Source of the DNA: Demequinaceae bacterium
GTDB lineage: Bacteria > Actinomycetota > Actinomycetes > Actinomycetales > Demequinaceae
Reading direction: 5' to 3'
DNA length: 32,000 nt
NCBI GenBank assembly: GCA_965250005.1
Contig: OZ252279.1
Coordinates: 1,680,001-1,712,000 of the forward strand
Shown here: positions 16,880-27,834 of the stretch, one piece after another
How positions within the stretch are numbered: position 1 is the stretch's first letter
How the letters are laid out: every line of letters starts with the position of its first letter
Notes under the pieces: model-generated
What the model was told of the DNA's origin: nothing
What the model saw: the letters and a program-made list of their open reading frames with translations, nothing else
Databases searched by the model: none
Program-made: the position numbers and the translations under genes

Positions 16880-18301
16880 GTGCGAATCACGGTGTGGGCT
16901 GCAATTTCGGGTGGCGCGTTGCTGGTGAGCGCGGGCGGCTATGCCGTCGCCGACGCCGCCGACGTCGTCCCTGGATGGGTCACGTCGCAGCCCGCGCACG
17001 TGCCACCCGCCCCGCGCCCTGTGGCGGCTTCTGTAAGCGCCATCGCTCTTCCCGCACTGCCCAAACTGGCCGTTGATTCCACCGCGCCCATCCCCAGCGG
17101 CGCCAAGGTCCAAGCGCTCGCGGAAGCTTTGCTCGCGGATTCCCGTACGGGCTGGTCCACGGGTATTTCTGTGGTTGATATTGCGACGGGTGAGGTCCTG
17201 GCCGACGTGCGCGCTGACGACGCTCAGGTCCCTGCTTCGAACGTCAAGCTACTGACCGCAGCGGGCGTATACCTGGGGGTTGGCCCGGACCTCCAACTGC
17301 GCACATCTGTCATGTGGGCGGGCAGCCCGGCCGATTCGGGGGCGACGAGGCTCACGCTGCTCTCGCGTGGCGACATGCTGCTCGCGGCAGCATCTGGACA
17401 CAACGGCACATCGCCGGGAGCCAACGGTTACGCAGGGCTGGGCGATTTGGCCGACCTGACGGTGGTGGCACTTGCCGACGCAGGCGTCACCACTGTGACG
17501 CTCAGCCTCGACGATTCTGCGTTCGCGGGTCCTGCCCAGCCCATTCACTGGCCGTCCTCCGCGATTTCAAATGGGTACGCTGCGCCGGTGACGGGGCTGG
17601 CCGTGAATGTGGGGAGGACGAGCAACGAACCCTACCCGCCTCGGTGGGACGACCCGAGCCTTCACGCGCTAGGGGTGTTCGTCGAGCGCCTCGCGGAGCA
17701 GGGCATTACCGTGACGTCGACATCGCGCGCTGCCGCGCCCGCGGGATCCGTCGAGCTCGCTGCGGTAGACGGTGCGCCCATGATCGAGGTGCTCGCGCAC
17801 ATGCTTCGATACTCGGACAACACGATTGCCGAGTTAGTCGTCATGGTGCTCGCAATCCACGAAGGCAAAGCCGGGACTATTGCGAACGGTACGGCCGAGG
17901 TCTTGCGGCAGGCGCGCGGCGCAGGCCTCGCACTTGGCGGCGTGATACTCGACGACGGCTCGGGATTCTCTCGCTACTCGCGGATTCCGCCCGCGGCACT
18001 TACTGAAGCGATCGCCTTTTTCGCTCGCGACGCCCAGTTGGACGACTTGCTCGAGGTGTTGGCGATTTCCGGGATGCAAGGCACCATCCACGATCGACTT
18101 GATGGCGCAACGGCAGGACAAGTCAGAGCCAAGACCGGCAGTCTTGGCGGCGTGACATCTTTGTCGGGAACGGTAGTAACGGCCGACGGTCGGTGGCTCG
18201 CGTTTTCGGTCCTCGCGGACAACATGCCTTACGGGCAAGACAAACCTCGCGCAGCGATCGATACATTCGTGGGTGCGCTCGCGGCCTGCGGGTGCGGATA
18301 A
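16880..18301 (+). CDS. dacB: D-alanyl-D-alanine carboxypeptidase/endopeptidase (PBP4 family)
   Basis: ASNVKLLTAAG (SxxK), YSDNTIAE (SxN-type), KTGSLGGV (KTG). ORF open from 16856; GTG 16880 preceded by GAAAGGGG is plausible. Confidence 0.9.
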   Translation: MRITVWAAISGGALLVSAGGYAVADAADVVPGWVTSQPAHVPPAPRPVAASVSAIALPALPKLAVDSTAPIPSGAKVQALAEALLADSRTGWSTGISVVDIATGEVLADVRADDAQVPASNVKLLTAAGVYLGVGPDLQLRTSVMWAGSPADSGATRLTLLSRGDMLLAAASGHNGTSPGANGYAGLGDLADLTVVALADAGVTTVTLSLDDSAFAGPAQPIHWPSSAISNGYAAPVTGLAVNVGRTSNEPYPPRWDDPSLHALGVFVERLAEQGITVTSTSRAAAPAGSVELAAVDGAPMIEVLAHMLRYSDNTIAELVVMVLAIHEGKAGTIANGTAEVLRQARGAGLALGGVILDDGSGFSRYSRIPPAALTEAIAFFARDAQLDDLLEVLAISGMQGTIHDRLDGATAGQVRAKTGSLGGVTSLSGTVVTADGRWLAFSVLADNMPYGQDKPRAAIDTFVGALAACGCG

Positions 18302-18325
18302 TGGGAGCATGACCCGGAGTGGTGT

Positions 18326-19336
18326 ATGACCGGGCCCCATCCAGCGGTGGCGGCCATCAGGTCTGCCGTTGCGAGCGCGCTTGAGGGGCTCGAGCCCGGG
18401 ACGCAACTCTGGGTCGCTTGTTCCGGGGGGCCCGACTCGCTCGCGCTTACCGCTGGCGTCGGCTACATCGCGCGCAAGGCAGGTTTCATCGCTGGCGCCA
18501 TCGTGGTGGACCACGGACTGCAAAAGGGTAGCGGCCGCGTGGCGCTGCACGCCACAGACCAATGTCGGCTCGCCGGCGTTCCAACCGTCCACGTTGAGCG
18601 CGTTACCGTCGGCCACGACGGCGGGCTCGAGGCAGCCGCGCGCACGGCACGTTACGGAGCCATTGAGAAACGGCTTGTTGCCGAGGGCGGTCTCAATCCC
18701 CAAATCCTGACCGGCCACACTATGGACGACCAAGCGGAGACAGTTTTGTTAGCGCTCGCGCGCGGGTCCGGCGCGCGAGCGCTGGCGGGGATTCAGCCAC
18801 GCCGTGGAAACGTGATCAGGCCGCTGCTGGGCGTGCGTCGCCGCGAGACTGTCGCAGCCTGCACGGCGCTTGGATTGATGCCCTGGCACGACCCGACGAA
18901 CGACCCCGATGGCGGTCCCAAGCGGTCAGCATTGCGTGGCAAAGTGATGCCGGAGCTTTCAAGCGTCTTAGGTGCGGGCGTTGTTCCTGGTCTGGCCCGC
19001 TCGGCGGCGTTGCTCCAGGCAGATGCCGATGAACTTGACCGCCAGGCCCGCACGCGCCTCGGCGCAGCTACGCAGAACGCCGCCGCAGCGGACGAGTGGC
19101 CATGCGAAATGCTTGCGCAACTCCCTGATGCCATTCGCAGTCGCATGCTCAAAATGCTCGCGGAGAAGCGGGGCGCAGGGCCCATGACCGAAGCGCACGT
19201 GCGCGCAATGGACCAACTTGTGATGAACTACCGTGGGCAGGGCCCGGTGGCGCTTCCCGGCGGCTACGAGGCGCGGCGCGAGTATGGCAGGCTGATTGTC
19301 ACCACCCCGCCCGAGACCGGAAGAGACGCCACGTGA
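18326..19336 (+). CDS. tilS: tRNA(Ile)-lysidine synthase
   Basis: WVACSGGPDSLALT PP-loop, GHTMDDQAETVLLALARGSG, RPLLGVRRRETVAACTALGL; upstream of hpt-ftsH as in many bacteria. Confidence 0.93.
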   Translation: MTGPHPAVAAIRSAVASALEGLEPGTQLWVACSGGPDSLALTAGVGYIARKAGFIAGAIVVDHGLQKGSGRVALHATDQCRLAGVPTVHVERVTVGHDGGLEAAARTARYGAIEKRLVAEGGLNPQILTGHTMDDQAETVLLALARGSGARALAGIQPRRGNVIRPLLGVRRRETVAACTALGLMPWHDPTNDPDGGPKRSALRGKVMPELSSVLGAGVVPGLARSAALLQADADELDRQARTRLGAATQNAAAADEWPCEMLAQLPDAIRSRMLKMLAEKRGAGPMTEAHVRAMDQLVMNYRGQGPVALPGGYEARREYGRLIVTTPPETGRDAT

Positions 19337-19893
19337 GCGAAGCATCCCTGAGTAGTGATTTCACCGAGGTCGTCGCCACAGAAGCGCAGCTCACTGAGGC
19401 GCTCGATCGCATCGCTGAGCAGGTGCGCGCGGACTACGAGGGCAAGGAACTCCTGCTCGTTGGAGTGCTGAAGGGCGCGGTGATGGTGATGGCCGACCTG
19501 TCGCGGCGTCTTGACCCGGCCGTCGAAATGGACTGGATGGCGGTGTCCTCTTACGGCTCGGGCACCAAGTCCTCCGGCGTAGTGCGCATCCTCAAGGACC
19601 TCGACGCAGACTTGACCGGCAGGCACGTGTTAATTGTCGAAGACATCATCGATACCGGCATCACGCTGTCATGGCTTCTCGCGAACCTGCGGTCGCGCGG
19701 CGCGGCGAGCGTGGAGGTCGCGGCGATGCTCCGCAAACCCGACGCCAGCAAGGTTTCTGTGGACGTGAAGTACGTCGGCATCGACATCCCGAACAAGTTT
19801 GTTGTGGGCTACGGCCTGGATTACGCCGAGCGATACCGCACTCTGCCGTACGTGGCTGTGCTGGCGCCGCATGTTTACAGCAGGGACGAGTAG
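19333..19893 (+). CDS. hpt: Hypoxanthine phosphoribosyltransferase
   Basis: ELLLVGVLKGAVMVMADLSR, VLIVEDIIDTGITLSWL PRPP loop; 4-bp overlap with tilS. Confidence 0.95.
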   Translation: MSEASLSSDFTEVVATEAQLTEALDRIAEQVRADYEGKELLLVGVLKGAVMVMADLSRRLDPAVEMDWMAVSSYGSGTKSSGVVRILKDLDADLTGRHVLIVEDIIDTGITLSWLLANLRSRGAASVEVAAMLRKPDASKVSVDVKYVGIDIPNKFVVGYGLDYAERYRTLPYVAVLAPHVYSRDE

Positions 19894-19969
19894 TTCACAC
19901 CTAACGGGCATCGCGCTGTGGCGAATGCGTCACGGCGCCTGCGCGTCACCCCGTAGAATCTGACTCACT

Positions 19970-21853
19970 ATGAATCGTCGCCTCTTCTATCGCCGGATCC
20001 TGCCCGGAATTGTGATGCTGGGCGTCTTCGCGTGGATTGCCTCCGCTCTCGCCGGACCCGCCGTGACCCGCATTGATACGTCCGAAGGCTTGGAAATCCT
20101 GGCCGCTGGCAATGTTGAGCAAGTCAAGATTGTTGACGGCGACCAGCGCGTCGAGATCACGCTCGTCGAAGAGCATGAGGACTACGGCAAGCAGGTGGAG
20201 TTCTTCTACATTGCGCCGCAGGGGACCGCTGTCGTCGAGGCTATAACTGTTGCCCAGCCTGAACTTGGCTGGAATGCTGAAGTCCCGCAGGGCAGCATCT
20301 GGACCACTATTCTCTTCGCTTTTCTTCCCATCGTTCTGCTCGTGGGGCTCTTCTGGTTCCTGATGACGAGCATGCAGGGTGGTGGCGGGCGCATGGCGCA
20401 GTTCGGTCGCTCCAAAGCCACGCTCGTCACGCCGGACACCCCTACCGTCAAATTCGATGACGTTGCAGGTGTCGACGAAGCGGTAGAGGAGCTCCGCGAG
20501 ATCGAGGAGTTCCTCGAGAAGCCAGCCAAGTTCCAAGCCGTCGGCGCGAAGATTCCCAAGGGCGTGCTCCTCTACGGCCCACCCGGAACCGGCAAGACCC
20601 TCCTTGCGCGCGCCGTTGCGGGCGAAGCGGGAGTTCCGTTTTTCACCATAGCTGGCTCTGACTTTGTCGAGATGTTCGTCGGCGTGGGCGCGAGTCGCGT
20701 CCGCGACCTGTTCGAGCAGGCCAAGAAAAACTCACCCGCGATCATCTTCGTTGACGAGATTGATGCTGTCGGACGGCACCGCGGCGCAGGCATGGGCGGC
20801 GGGCACGACGAGCGCGAGCAGACTCTCAACCAGATGCTCGTCGAGATGGACGGCTTTGACATCAAGACCAACGTCATCCTGATCGCCGCCACCAACCGTC
20901 CGGACATTCTCGACCCCGCGCTGCTGCGGCCGGGGCGATTTGACCGTCAAGTGGCAGTCGACGCCCCTGATCTGAGGGGCAGGAAGATGGTCCTCGAGGT
21001 CCACGCGAAAGGCAAGCCCATTGCGCCGGATGTTGACCTCGAAGTCATCGCGCGCCGCACCCCCGGCTTCACTGGCGCGGACCTCGCCAACGTCCTGAAC
21101 GAAGCAGCGTTACTCACCGCGCGCCGCGACAAGAGAACTGTCGACGCGTCGGCGATCGATGAGGCGATCGACCGCGTGATCGCAGGGCCGCAGAAGCGCA
21201 GCCGCGTCATGAACGAGCACGACAAGAAGGTGACCGCGTATCACGAGAGTGGGCACGCTCTTGTCGCCGCCGCGATGAACCATACGGATCCCGTGACCAA
21301 GGTGACGATTCTTCCGCGTGGGCGTGCCCTTGGGTACACCATGGTGATGCCCACGGAGGATCGCTACTCCAAGAGCCGCAATGAACTACTGGACTCGCTC
21401 GCGTACGCGATGGGTGGTCGCATGGCCGAGGAACTAGTGTTTGGCGACCCGACCACGGGTGCCTCGAACGACATTACGCAGGCCACCGAGACTGCCCGCA
21501 CGATGGTTACGGAATACGGCATGAGCGCCAAATTGGGCGCAGTGCGCCTGGCGAGCGCGTCCGGAGAAGTCTTTATGGGTCGCGATATGGGCCACGGCCG
21601 CGACTTCTCCGAAGACGTGGCAGGCACCATCGACCGCGAGGTTCGTGAGCTGATGGACGTGGCCATGCGGGAAGCCGCGCAGGCGCTCTCGAGGAATCGC
21701 GCGCTGCTCGACCAGCTCGCCGAGGAACTTCTCGAAGAAGAAACGCTACTCGCTCCCCGCCTTGCCGAAATGTTCTCCAAGATCAAGAAAATGCCGGCGC
21801 GCAAGGTGTGGGACTCGGGCGTCCGCAAGGCAGCGCGCGCCAAGAAAGCCTAG
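19970..21853 (+). CDS. ftsH: ATP-dependent zinc metalloprotease FtsH
   Basis: [39 protein letters not shown]-type SRH context, Zn motif HESGH, two N-terminal TM segments. Confidence 0.97.
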   Translation: MNRRLFYRRILPGIVMLGVFAWIASALAGPAVTRIDTSEGLEILAAGNVEQVKIVDGDQRVEITLVEEHEDYGKQVEFFYIAPQGTAVVEAITVAQPELGWNAEVPQGSIWTTILFAFLPIVLLVGLFWFLMTSMQGGGGRMAQFGRSKATLVTPDTPTVKFDDVAGVDEAVEELREIEEFLEKPAKFQAVGAKIPKGVLLYGPPGTGKTLLARAVAGEAGVPFFTIAGSDFVEMFVGVGASRVRDLFEQAKKNSPAIIFVDEIDAVGRHRGAGMGGGHDEREQTLNQMLVEMDGFDIKTNVILIAATNRPDILDPALLRPGRFDRQVAVDAPDLRGRKMVLEVHAKGKPIAPDVDLEVIARRTPGFTGADLANVLNEAALLTARRDKRTVDASAIDEAIDRVIAGPQKRSRVMNEHDKKVTAYHESGHALVAAAMNHTDPVTKVTILPRGRALGYTMVMPTEDRYSKSRNELLDSLAYAMGGRMAEELVFGDPTTGASNDITQATETARTMVTEYGMSAKLGAVRLASASGEVFMGRDMGHGRDFSEDVAGTIDREVRELMDVAMREAAQALSRNRALLDQLAEELLEEETLLAPRLAEMFSKIKKMPARKVWDSGVRKAARAKKA

Positions 21854-21863
21854 GCTTGTCCGC

Positions 21864-22433
21864 ATGGCTGAAGTAGACAAGAAGCGCATCGAAGCCGCGG
21901 TCGCGGAAATCCTCGCCGCCGTCGGCGAAGACCCGGATCGCGATGGACTCAAGGGCACCCCTGCGCGGGTGGCGCGCGCGTACCAAGAAATGTTCGCCGG
22001 GCTGTCACAGGAGCCAGCCGAGGTGCTCTCCGCAGTATTCGAGCTGGGTCACGACGAGATGATCTTGGTCAGGGACATCGAGGTGTACTCGGTGTGCGAA
22101 CATCACCTGCTGCCCTTTCACGGGGTGGCGCACGTGGCGTACATTCCCGGTGCCGACGGACGCATTACAGGCCTGAGCAAACTGGCGCGCCTGGTGGATG
22201 TGTACGCCAAACGACCGCAGGTCCAAGAGCGCCTCACAACCCAGGTCGCAGACGCACTAGTTGAGCATCTTGGTGCGAGCGGCGTCATCGTGGTGATCGA
22301 GGCTGAACACCTGTGCATGTCTATGCGCGGTGTTCGCAAACCAGGTTCACGGACCGTGACGTCGGCCGTGCGCGGAGTGATGCGCGACGCCGCGACCCGC
22401 GCCGAGGCCATGAGCCTCATCTCGGGCAACTGA
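21864..22433 (+). CDS. folE: GTP cyclohydrolase I
   Basis: [56 protein letters not shown] 21864 follows the ftsH stop; track start 21762 is an overextension into ftsH. Confidence 0.96.
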   Translation: MAEVDKKRIEAAVAEILAAVGEDPDRDGLKGTPARVARAYQEMFAGLSQEPAEVLSAVFELGHDEMILVRDIEVYSVCEHHLLPFHGVAHVAYIPGADGRITGLSKLARLVDVYAKRPQVQERLTTQVADALVEHLGASGVIVVIEAEHLCMSMRGVRKPGSRTVTSAVRGVMRDAATRAEAMSLISGN

Positions 22434-22459
22434 CCCCCTATTTCGCAGTGGAGGTGCGC

Positions 22460-23275
22460 ATGAGCGAGGCTCCGACGTTGGTCATGGGCATCCTCAACGT
22501 CACCCCTGATTCGTTCTCTGACGGCGGCAAGTGGGACTCGATTGACGCGGCAATCGCGCACGGGATTGCACTAAGTTCAGAAGGTGCCGACCTCGTCGAT
22601 GTTGGCGGCGAGTCCACGCGGCCTGGCGCTCGCAGGGTGGCGCCCGAAGACGAGGCCGCGCGCGTCATTCCCGTGATCGCAGCGCTGGCTACCGAGGGAA
22701 TCCGCGTGAGCGTAGACACCATGCGCGCCACCACCGCCGAGGCGGCGATTGGCGCGGGCGCGGGCATCATCAACGATGTTTCGGGCGGCCTTGCTGACCA
22801 AGAGATGGGCGCAGTGGTCGCTGGTGCCAACGTCGATTTTGTTGCCATGCATTGGCGCTCGCACTCGGAGACGATGGACGCGCACGACGTCTACCAGGAT
22901 GTGGTCGCAGAAGTGCGCAGCGAGCTTGCGGGCCGCGTCAGCGCGCTCATGGCCGCGGGAGTTGACGCCGAGCGCATCATCCTCGACCCCGGCCTCGGTT
23001 TTGCGAAGATCGGCGCAAGCAACTGGCCCTTGCTCGCGCACCTCGACACGCTCAAGGAGCTGGGCCATCGCATTCTGGTGGGGGCGTCGCGAAAGCGTTT
23101 CGTCGGGGCGGTCCTGCGCGACGATCAAGGGCCTGAAGCGCGCGACGACGCGACGACAGCGATCACCGCACTGGCTGCAAACGCGGGAGTTTGGGGCGTT
23201 CGCGCCCACAATGCGCGCGCGGCAAAAGACGCGGTTACCGTGGTTTCTGCTTGGCACCAGGGCCTAGAGGCGTGA
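22460..23275 (+). CDS. folP: Dihydropteroate synthase
   Basis: VMGILNVTPDSFSDGG, GADLVDVGGESTRPGA, ILDPGLGFAK. ATG 22460 matches the family N-terminus. Confidence 0.96.
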   Translation: MSEAPTLVMGILNVTPDSFSDGGKWDSIDAAIAHGIALSSEGADLVDVGGESTRPGARRVAPEDEAARVIPVIAALATEGIRVSVDTMRATTAEAAIGAGAGIINDVSGGLADQEMGAVVAGANVDFVAMHWRSHSETMDAHDVYQDVVAEVRSELAGRVSALMAAGVDAERIILDPGLGFAKIGASNWPLLAHLDTLKELGHRILVGASRKRFVGAVLRDDQGPEARDDATTAITALAANAGVWGVRAHNARAAKDAVTVVSAWHQGLEA

Positions 23276-23285
23276 GGATGAAGAC

Positions 23286-24377
23286 ATGACAGTGTCCGTT
23301 ACTCCGTACTTCCGCCATAACGTGCAACTCGACGCCATTGTGGTTGAGGGCATTCGCGCCATGGGAAACCATGGCGTCGAAGAATCGGAGAGGGACGCTG
23401 GGCAGCTCTTCCTCGCCGACGTTGTGGTGCACCTTGATACCCGTAGCGCCGCCCGCAGTGATGACCTGAACAAGACGGTCAACTACGCGACGGTGGCAGA
23501 CGTCGCGGGTGCGATCCTCGCGGGCGACCCGGCGGAGCTCATTGAGGCCGTGGCAGACCGCATTGCGCTCGAGGTGCTGAAGCTAGATAGTGTTCACGCG
23601 GTCGACGTCACGGTGCATAAGCCGCAGGCGCCGCTAGCAATCGAGTTTAAGGACGTCACGGTGACTATCCGGCGCGACATCGTCCACGGCGACCTGTGGT
23701 CGGACCTCCGCATCGGTTCTTCTGCGGGGCTCGCGGATGATCCGATGTCGCCGGACGCCGTTGGCGATCCGCGCGATGCCCTCGACGAGCACCCTGTCCA
23801 GCCGGTGTCGGTACTGCTCGCGATCGGCGGGAACCAGGGCGACACCGAGTACACGCTTGCGCGTGCGATCTACGACCTCGACCGCATCCCCGGGATAGAG
23901 GTAGTCGCCAACTCGCCACTGGTCACTACGAGGCCCGTTGGCGGACCCGAGCAGCCCGACTTCCACAACGCGGTCCTGCGCATCAACACCGCACTCTCGC
24001 CGCGTGGCCTGCTGCACGTCTGCCAGGGAATCGAGGTGGTTCACGGGCGCCAGCGTCAGTTAGAGAACGGGCCTCGCACCCTCGACATCGACATCATCGA
24101 CTACGCGAATAAGGTTGCGAAGACCGAAGACCTAGTCCTGCCTCACCCACGGGCTTTTCAGCGCGCATTCGTCCTCATGCCCTGGGCGGCAATGGAGCCA
24201 GCTGCGGAACTCGTTCCCGGGAAGGGTCGCGGCGCTTCGCGCGGCGGCAAGGTCGCTGACCTCGCTGGGGCTGCCGAGGACGCAGGCGGCATCACGGTCG
24301 CGGCGAATCCGTGGGATCCGACGGCAGCGCTGCGGCGTGGCGCGCGGTCCGCCGGAGCCGAACCCGCGGGACAGTAG
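23286..24377 (+). CDS. folBK: Bifunctional dihydroneopterin aldolase / HPPK (fused)
   Basis: One 363-aa ORF. N-terminal FolB (GIRAMGNHGVEESERDAGQLFLADVVV, LNKTVNYATV, LIEAVADRIA); C-terminal FolK (LAIGGNQGDTEYTLARAI, GRQRQLENGPRTLDIDIIDY). Confidence 0.93.
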   Translation: MTVSVTPYFRHNVQLDAIVVEGIRAMGNHGVEESERDAGQLFLADVVVHLDTRSAARSDDLNKTVNYATVADVAGAILAGDPAELIEAVADRIALEVLKLDSVHAVDVTVHKPQAPLAIEFKDVTVTIRRDIVHGDLWSDLRIGSSAGLADDPMSPDAVGDPRDALDEHPVQPVSVLLAIGGNQGDTEYTLARAIYDLDRIPGIEVVANSPLVTTRPVGGPEQPDFHNAVLRINTALSPRGLLHVCQGIEVVHGRQRQLENGPRTLDIDIIDYANKVAKTEDLVLPHPRAFQRAFVLMPWAAMEPAAELVPGKGRGASRGGKVADLAGAAEDAGGITVAANPWDPTAALRRGARSAGAEPAGQ

Positions 24378-24378
24378 C

Positions 24379-24852
24379 GTGAAGCGTCTGACCTTGCCCC
24401 GCGTGGGTGGGACGGCGGTGGTCGTCGGCGTCCTCAGTTGGCTCGTGGACTTCTTCCTACTCAGACGCGGCGCCACTCCACTGCCTGTGCCGTGGACGGT
24501 TCCGGCATCTCTGATCATCGCAGGCGCGGGCGCGCTGGCGCTCGGCTGGATGGTCAAGCAGTTCCAGGAAGGCAAGCGCCCCAACCTTGATCCGCTCCAG
24601 GCGGCGCGGACCGCGATGTTTGCGCAGGCCGCCGCCTACTCTGGCGCGGTGCTCTCCGGGGTCTATATTGGTCACCTGGTTGCGCTGCTACCAGACTGGT
24701 CCCACGCGCCGCGTCGCGAAGTCATCCTCGCCGCGGCGCTCGCCGCGCTCGCCGCTGTGCTGCTAAGCGTTGCGGGGTGGATTGCCGAGCGCTGGTGCGG
24801 CACCAAGCGCGGCGACGGAATCGACGCCGCAGCTCAGCCCGAGTCCGCATAG
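24379..24852 (+). CDS. DUF3180-like integral membrane protein
   Basis: GTG 24379 right after the folBK stop; four hydrophobic segments; position after folK matches the actinobacterial DUF3180 context. Confidence 0.72.
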   Translation: MKRLTLPRVGGTAVVVGVLSWLVDFFLLRRGATPLPVPWTVPASLIIAGAGALALGWMVKQFQEGKRPNLDPLQAARTAMFAQAAAYSGAVLSGVYIGHLVALLPDWSHAPRREVILAAALAALAAVLLSVAGWIAERWCGTKRGDGIDAAAQPESA

Positions 24853-24880
24853 CCCTGCAACGGAATGAGAAACTAGCGAC

Positions 24881-25372
24881 ATGACATGGTTTGAACCCGA
24901 AGGCGCCGACTGGACATACGTTTCACGTCGGCTCATCCCCGCGCGGCTTATCATCATCTGGCTCACACTGCTACCCGGGCTCGTCATCACCGGCGCGATT
25001 GCAATGTGGGCGAGCGACGAGGCGGGTAATTGGCTCTGGACTTTGCCCGGTGTGGTCCTACTCATCGCGGTGTGGGTGTCGTGGGTTGGGACTCGGCAGG
25101 TCACAGCGCACGCCTGGGCCGAGCGAGAGGACGACCTCGTGGTCAAGCGCGGCCGCATCTTCCGCCGCGCGACCGTGGTTCCCTATGGGCGCATGCAGTA
25201 TGTCGAGGTGTCTTCTGGACCGCTCGCCCGTGCGTTTGGGATTGCGACAGTTCAGCTCCACACGGCTTCGCCTGGAACAGACGCGCACATCTCGGGCGTG
25301 CCTACTGATGAGGCGGCACGCCTGCGTGATCGGCTGACGACTCGCGGCGAAGCGCGGTTGGCGGGGCTGTGA
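24881..25372 (+). CDS. PH domain (bPH2/YdbS-like) membrane protein
   Basis: Two TM segments, REDDLVVKRGRIFRRATVVPYGRMQYVEVSSGPLARAFGIATVQLHTAS. Confidence 0.85.
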   Translation: MTWFEPEGADWTYVSRRLIPARLIIIWLTLLPGLVITGAIAMWASDEAGNWLWTLPGVVLLIAVWVSWVGTRQVTAHAWAEREDDLVVKRGRIFRRATVVPYGRMQYVEVSSGPLARAFGIATVQLHTASPGTDAHISGVPTDEAARLRDRLTTRGEARLAGL

Positions 25373-26919
25373 CAGCACCAGTCAGCGCGCCACGCGAGTG
25401 GACAAGGCTGCACTGGGTCACGCCGGTTCTTGGCGCGGGTCAGGGCTTAGTCGTCGTTGGCGCGCTTCTCGCGTACCAGAACCAGACGATCCGACAGTTG
25501 CAGGAATCCGTGCCGGAGTGGATCCCAGTAGCCGCATTCGTGCTGATCGCGGCAGCAATCTCGGGCTTGAGTGCACTTCAATGGCGCATGAATCACTTCC
25601 GCATTAGCGACGACGCGGTCGAGCAACGCAAGGGAGTCTTGTTTCGTCAGCAGCGCCAAGCTCGCCTAGACCGGCTCCAAGCCGTCGATGTGGTGCAACC
25701 CCTCGTGGCCCGCATATTCGGCTTCGCAGAACTCAAAGTCGAAGTTGCCGGTGGCAAGGAATCGGGAATCAAACTTCAGTACTTGAGGCTCGAGCACGCT
25801 GAGGCTTTGCGCAACGAGATCCTTGCCCTCGCAGCGGGACGGAAGGTCGGCACCGTCGACGCCGCGTCGCGAGCCACGGCTGGCGAGTCCGCGGCGGTTG
25901 ACGTCGAGACGCTGCCAGCAGACGTGGTCGCGGAGGTCAGCCCGTTCAGTCGAGCCGACCAGGTCGCCGCCGTGGCGACTCAGGCGGCACCCGAGCGCGA
26001 GGTATTCAAGGTCCCCGCGGGGCGACTCATCGGCTCCGTATTGCTTTCCTGGCCGATTGTGATCCTGGTGTCGCTCCCCCTTCTGGTGGGAATCGCGCTC
26101 CTGCTAGGTGCGACGGCCGGCGGGTTCTCGCTCCCGGACGACTTGTCACTGGGTGAAGCTTTGGGCGGAGGCGCTCTCGGGTCTGCCTGGGGCCTGATTG
26201 CGGCAGCGGCCGCACTATGGGCGCAACTCAATTCAGGATTCAACTTTACGGCTGGCATTGCGGCAGACGGCATTCGCCTCAAGCACGGACTCCTCGACAC
26301 TCGCCGCCAGACGGTTCCTCCCGGCCGGGTCCAGGCGCTCCGGCTGCGCCAATCGCTCCTCTGGCGCAAATACGACTGGTGGCGCGTCACGATCAACGTG
26401 GCGGGCTATCAAGACGACCAGGCGGCTGTCTCAACCCTGCTACCCGTAGGGCCGCGCAGGGACGCGCTGTATGCGCTTTGGCTAGTTCTTCCCGACCTAG
26501 GAGACCCGGACCCCGCAGGGACCATCTCGGCGGCGCTCACGGGCAAGCGGGGCGAGAACGGTTTCACGGCCAGTCCTCCGCGCTCGTGGGTTTACGACCT
26601 GCTGCAGTGGCGTCACCGAGGTGTGCGCGCCACCGATCGCGCGCTTATCATCCGTCGCGGCCTGTTCGTGCGGGAAGTATTCGTTGTTCCGCACGAGCGC
26701 ACACAGTCCCTCGCGATCCGGCAGGGTCCGCTTCAACGCGCTCTTCGGCTCGCCACCCTTGCGGTGCACTCGACCAACGGGACGGTTCGTCCTGTGGCAG
26801 AGCACTTGGACATTGATGACGCGCGCGCGATCATCGAGGACCAAGCGCGCCGGGCTCGAGAAGGCCGCGAACGGCAGACGCCCGCGCAGTGGATGGCCAC
26901 CGTCGGCGCCGAGGGATAG
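25369..26919 (+). CDS. PH domain (bPH2/YdbT-like) membrane protein
   Basis: Repeated bPH2 motifs (VEQRKGVLFRQQRQARLDRLQAVDVVQPLVARIFG, LKHGLLDTRRQTVPPGRVQALRLRQSLLWR, LIIRRGLFVREVFVVPHERTQSLAIRQG). Overlaps preceding gene by 4 bp. Confidence 0.87.
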   Translation: MTAPVSAPREWTRLHWVTPVLGAGQGLVVVGALLAYQNQTIRQLQESVPEWIPVAAFVLIAAAISGLSALQWRMNHFRISDDAVEQRKGVLFRQQRQARLDRLQAVDVVQPLVARIFGFAELKVEVAGGKESGIKLQYLRLEHAEALRNEILALAAGRKVGTVDAASRATAGESAAVDVETLPADVVAEVSPFSRADQVAAVATQAAPEREVFKVPAGRLIGSVLLSWPIVILVSLPLLVGIALLLGATAGGFSLPDDLSLGEALGGGALGSAWGLIAAAAALWAQLNSGFNFTAGIAADGIRLKHGLLDTRRQTVPPGRVQALRLRQSLLWRKYDWWRVTINVAGYQDDQAAVSTLLPVGPRRDALYALWLVLPDLGDPDPAGTISAALTGKRGENGFTASPPRSWVYDLLQWRHRGVRATDRALIIRRGLFVREVFVVPHERTQSLAIRQGPLQRALRLATLAVHSTNGTVRPVAEHLDIDDARAIIEDQARRAREGRERQTPAQWMATVGAEG

Positions 26920-26925
26920 CGAACG

Positions 26926-27834
26926 ATGCACGATCCGGTGCCGGCCAAGCCGGCCAGGCCCGGCCGCCTCGATGTTGGCGTGGTGGGTGCAGGGCACGTT
27001 GGTGCCGTGATCGGGGCGGCGTTGAGGGCGGCCGGGCACAGCGTCACTGGCGCTTCCGGAGTTTCTGAACAGTCCGTGACCCGCATCGAAGCCCTGTTGC
27101 CCGGCGTTGCGCACCTTGACCCGGAGCACGTGGTCCGGTCCTGCGGCCTGGTGGTAATTGCGGTCCCCGACGACGCCCTGGTGAGCCTTGTCGCCGGGCT
27201 CGCCAAGGTCGGCGCCTGGCGACCGGGCCAGATCGCCTTCCATACGTCGGGCTTGCATGGGCTCGGGGCACTCGAGCCGGCTACTGCGGCTGGGGTCATC
27301 GGCTTGGCGATACACCCCGCCATGACCTTCACAGGTACGTCGCTGGATCTCATGCGCGTCAGGGACGTAGCGTTCGCCGTCACGGCGCCCGCGCCGGTGC
27401 TGCCCATTGGACAGGCGCTGGTCGTGGAGATTGGCGGCACCCCTTTCGTTCTGGACGATGCGGCGCGGCCGAGCTATCACGCGGCGCTCGTACATGCGGC
27501 GAATCACGCGGTCACGGCGTTCTCGCAGGCCGCGGCTTTGCTTGCGAAGGCCGGGGTGGAGAACCCCGGGCGTGTACTTGGACCTGTGGTTCATGCCTCG
27601 ATCGAGGGCGCCGCCGTCGAGGAGCCCGGAGCCATCACGATGCTTTCGGGCCCGGTGGTGCGAGGAGATTCCGGGACGGTGGCGGCCCATGTCGAAGCGC
27701 TCGCGCCCCACCCCGCCACGCTTGCTGCCTATGTTGCGATGGCCCGAGCGACTGCTCGCCTTGTGTGCGATGCGGGAAGGTTGTCCGAGGCCCAGTACCG
27801 TGAAGTCATGGAAGCGCTCGGCGGGGACTCATGA
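26926..27834 (+). CDS. Rossmann-like and DUF2520 domain-containing protein
   Basis: LDVGVVGAGHVGAVIGAALRAAGHSVTGASG, HTSGLHGLGALEP, GLAIHPAMTF; immediately upstream of panC. Confidence 0.88.
   Translation: MHDPVPAKPARPGRLDVGVVGAGHVGAVIGAALRAAGHSVTGASGVSEQSVTRIEALLPGVAHLDPEHVVRSCGLVVIAVPDDALVSLVAGLAKVGAWRPGQIAFHTSGLHGLGALEPATAAGVIGLAIHPAMTFTGTSLDLMRVRDVAFAVTAPAPVLPIGQALVVEIGGTPFVLDDAARPSYHAALVHAANHAVTAFSQAAALLAKAGVENPGRVLGPVVHASIEGAAVEEPGAITMLSGPVVRGDSGTVAAHVEALAPHPATLAAYVAMARATARLVCDAGRLSEAQYREVMEALGGDS

Noticed and set aside
26497-27711. 404-aa minus-strand ORF
   Set aside because: Overlaps two well-supported + strand genes (bPH2 protein and DUF2520 protein) and has no recognisable domain. 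Typical high-GC shadow ORF.
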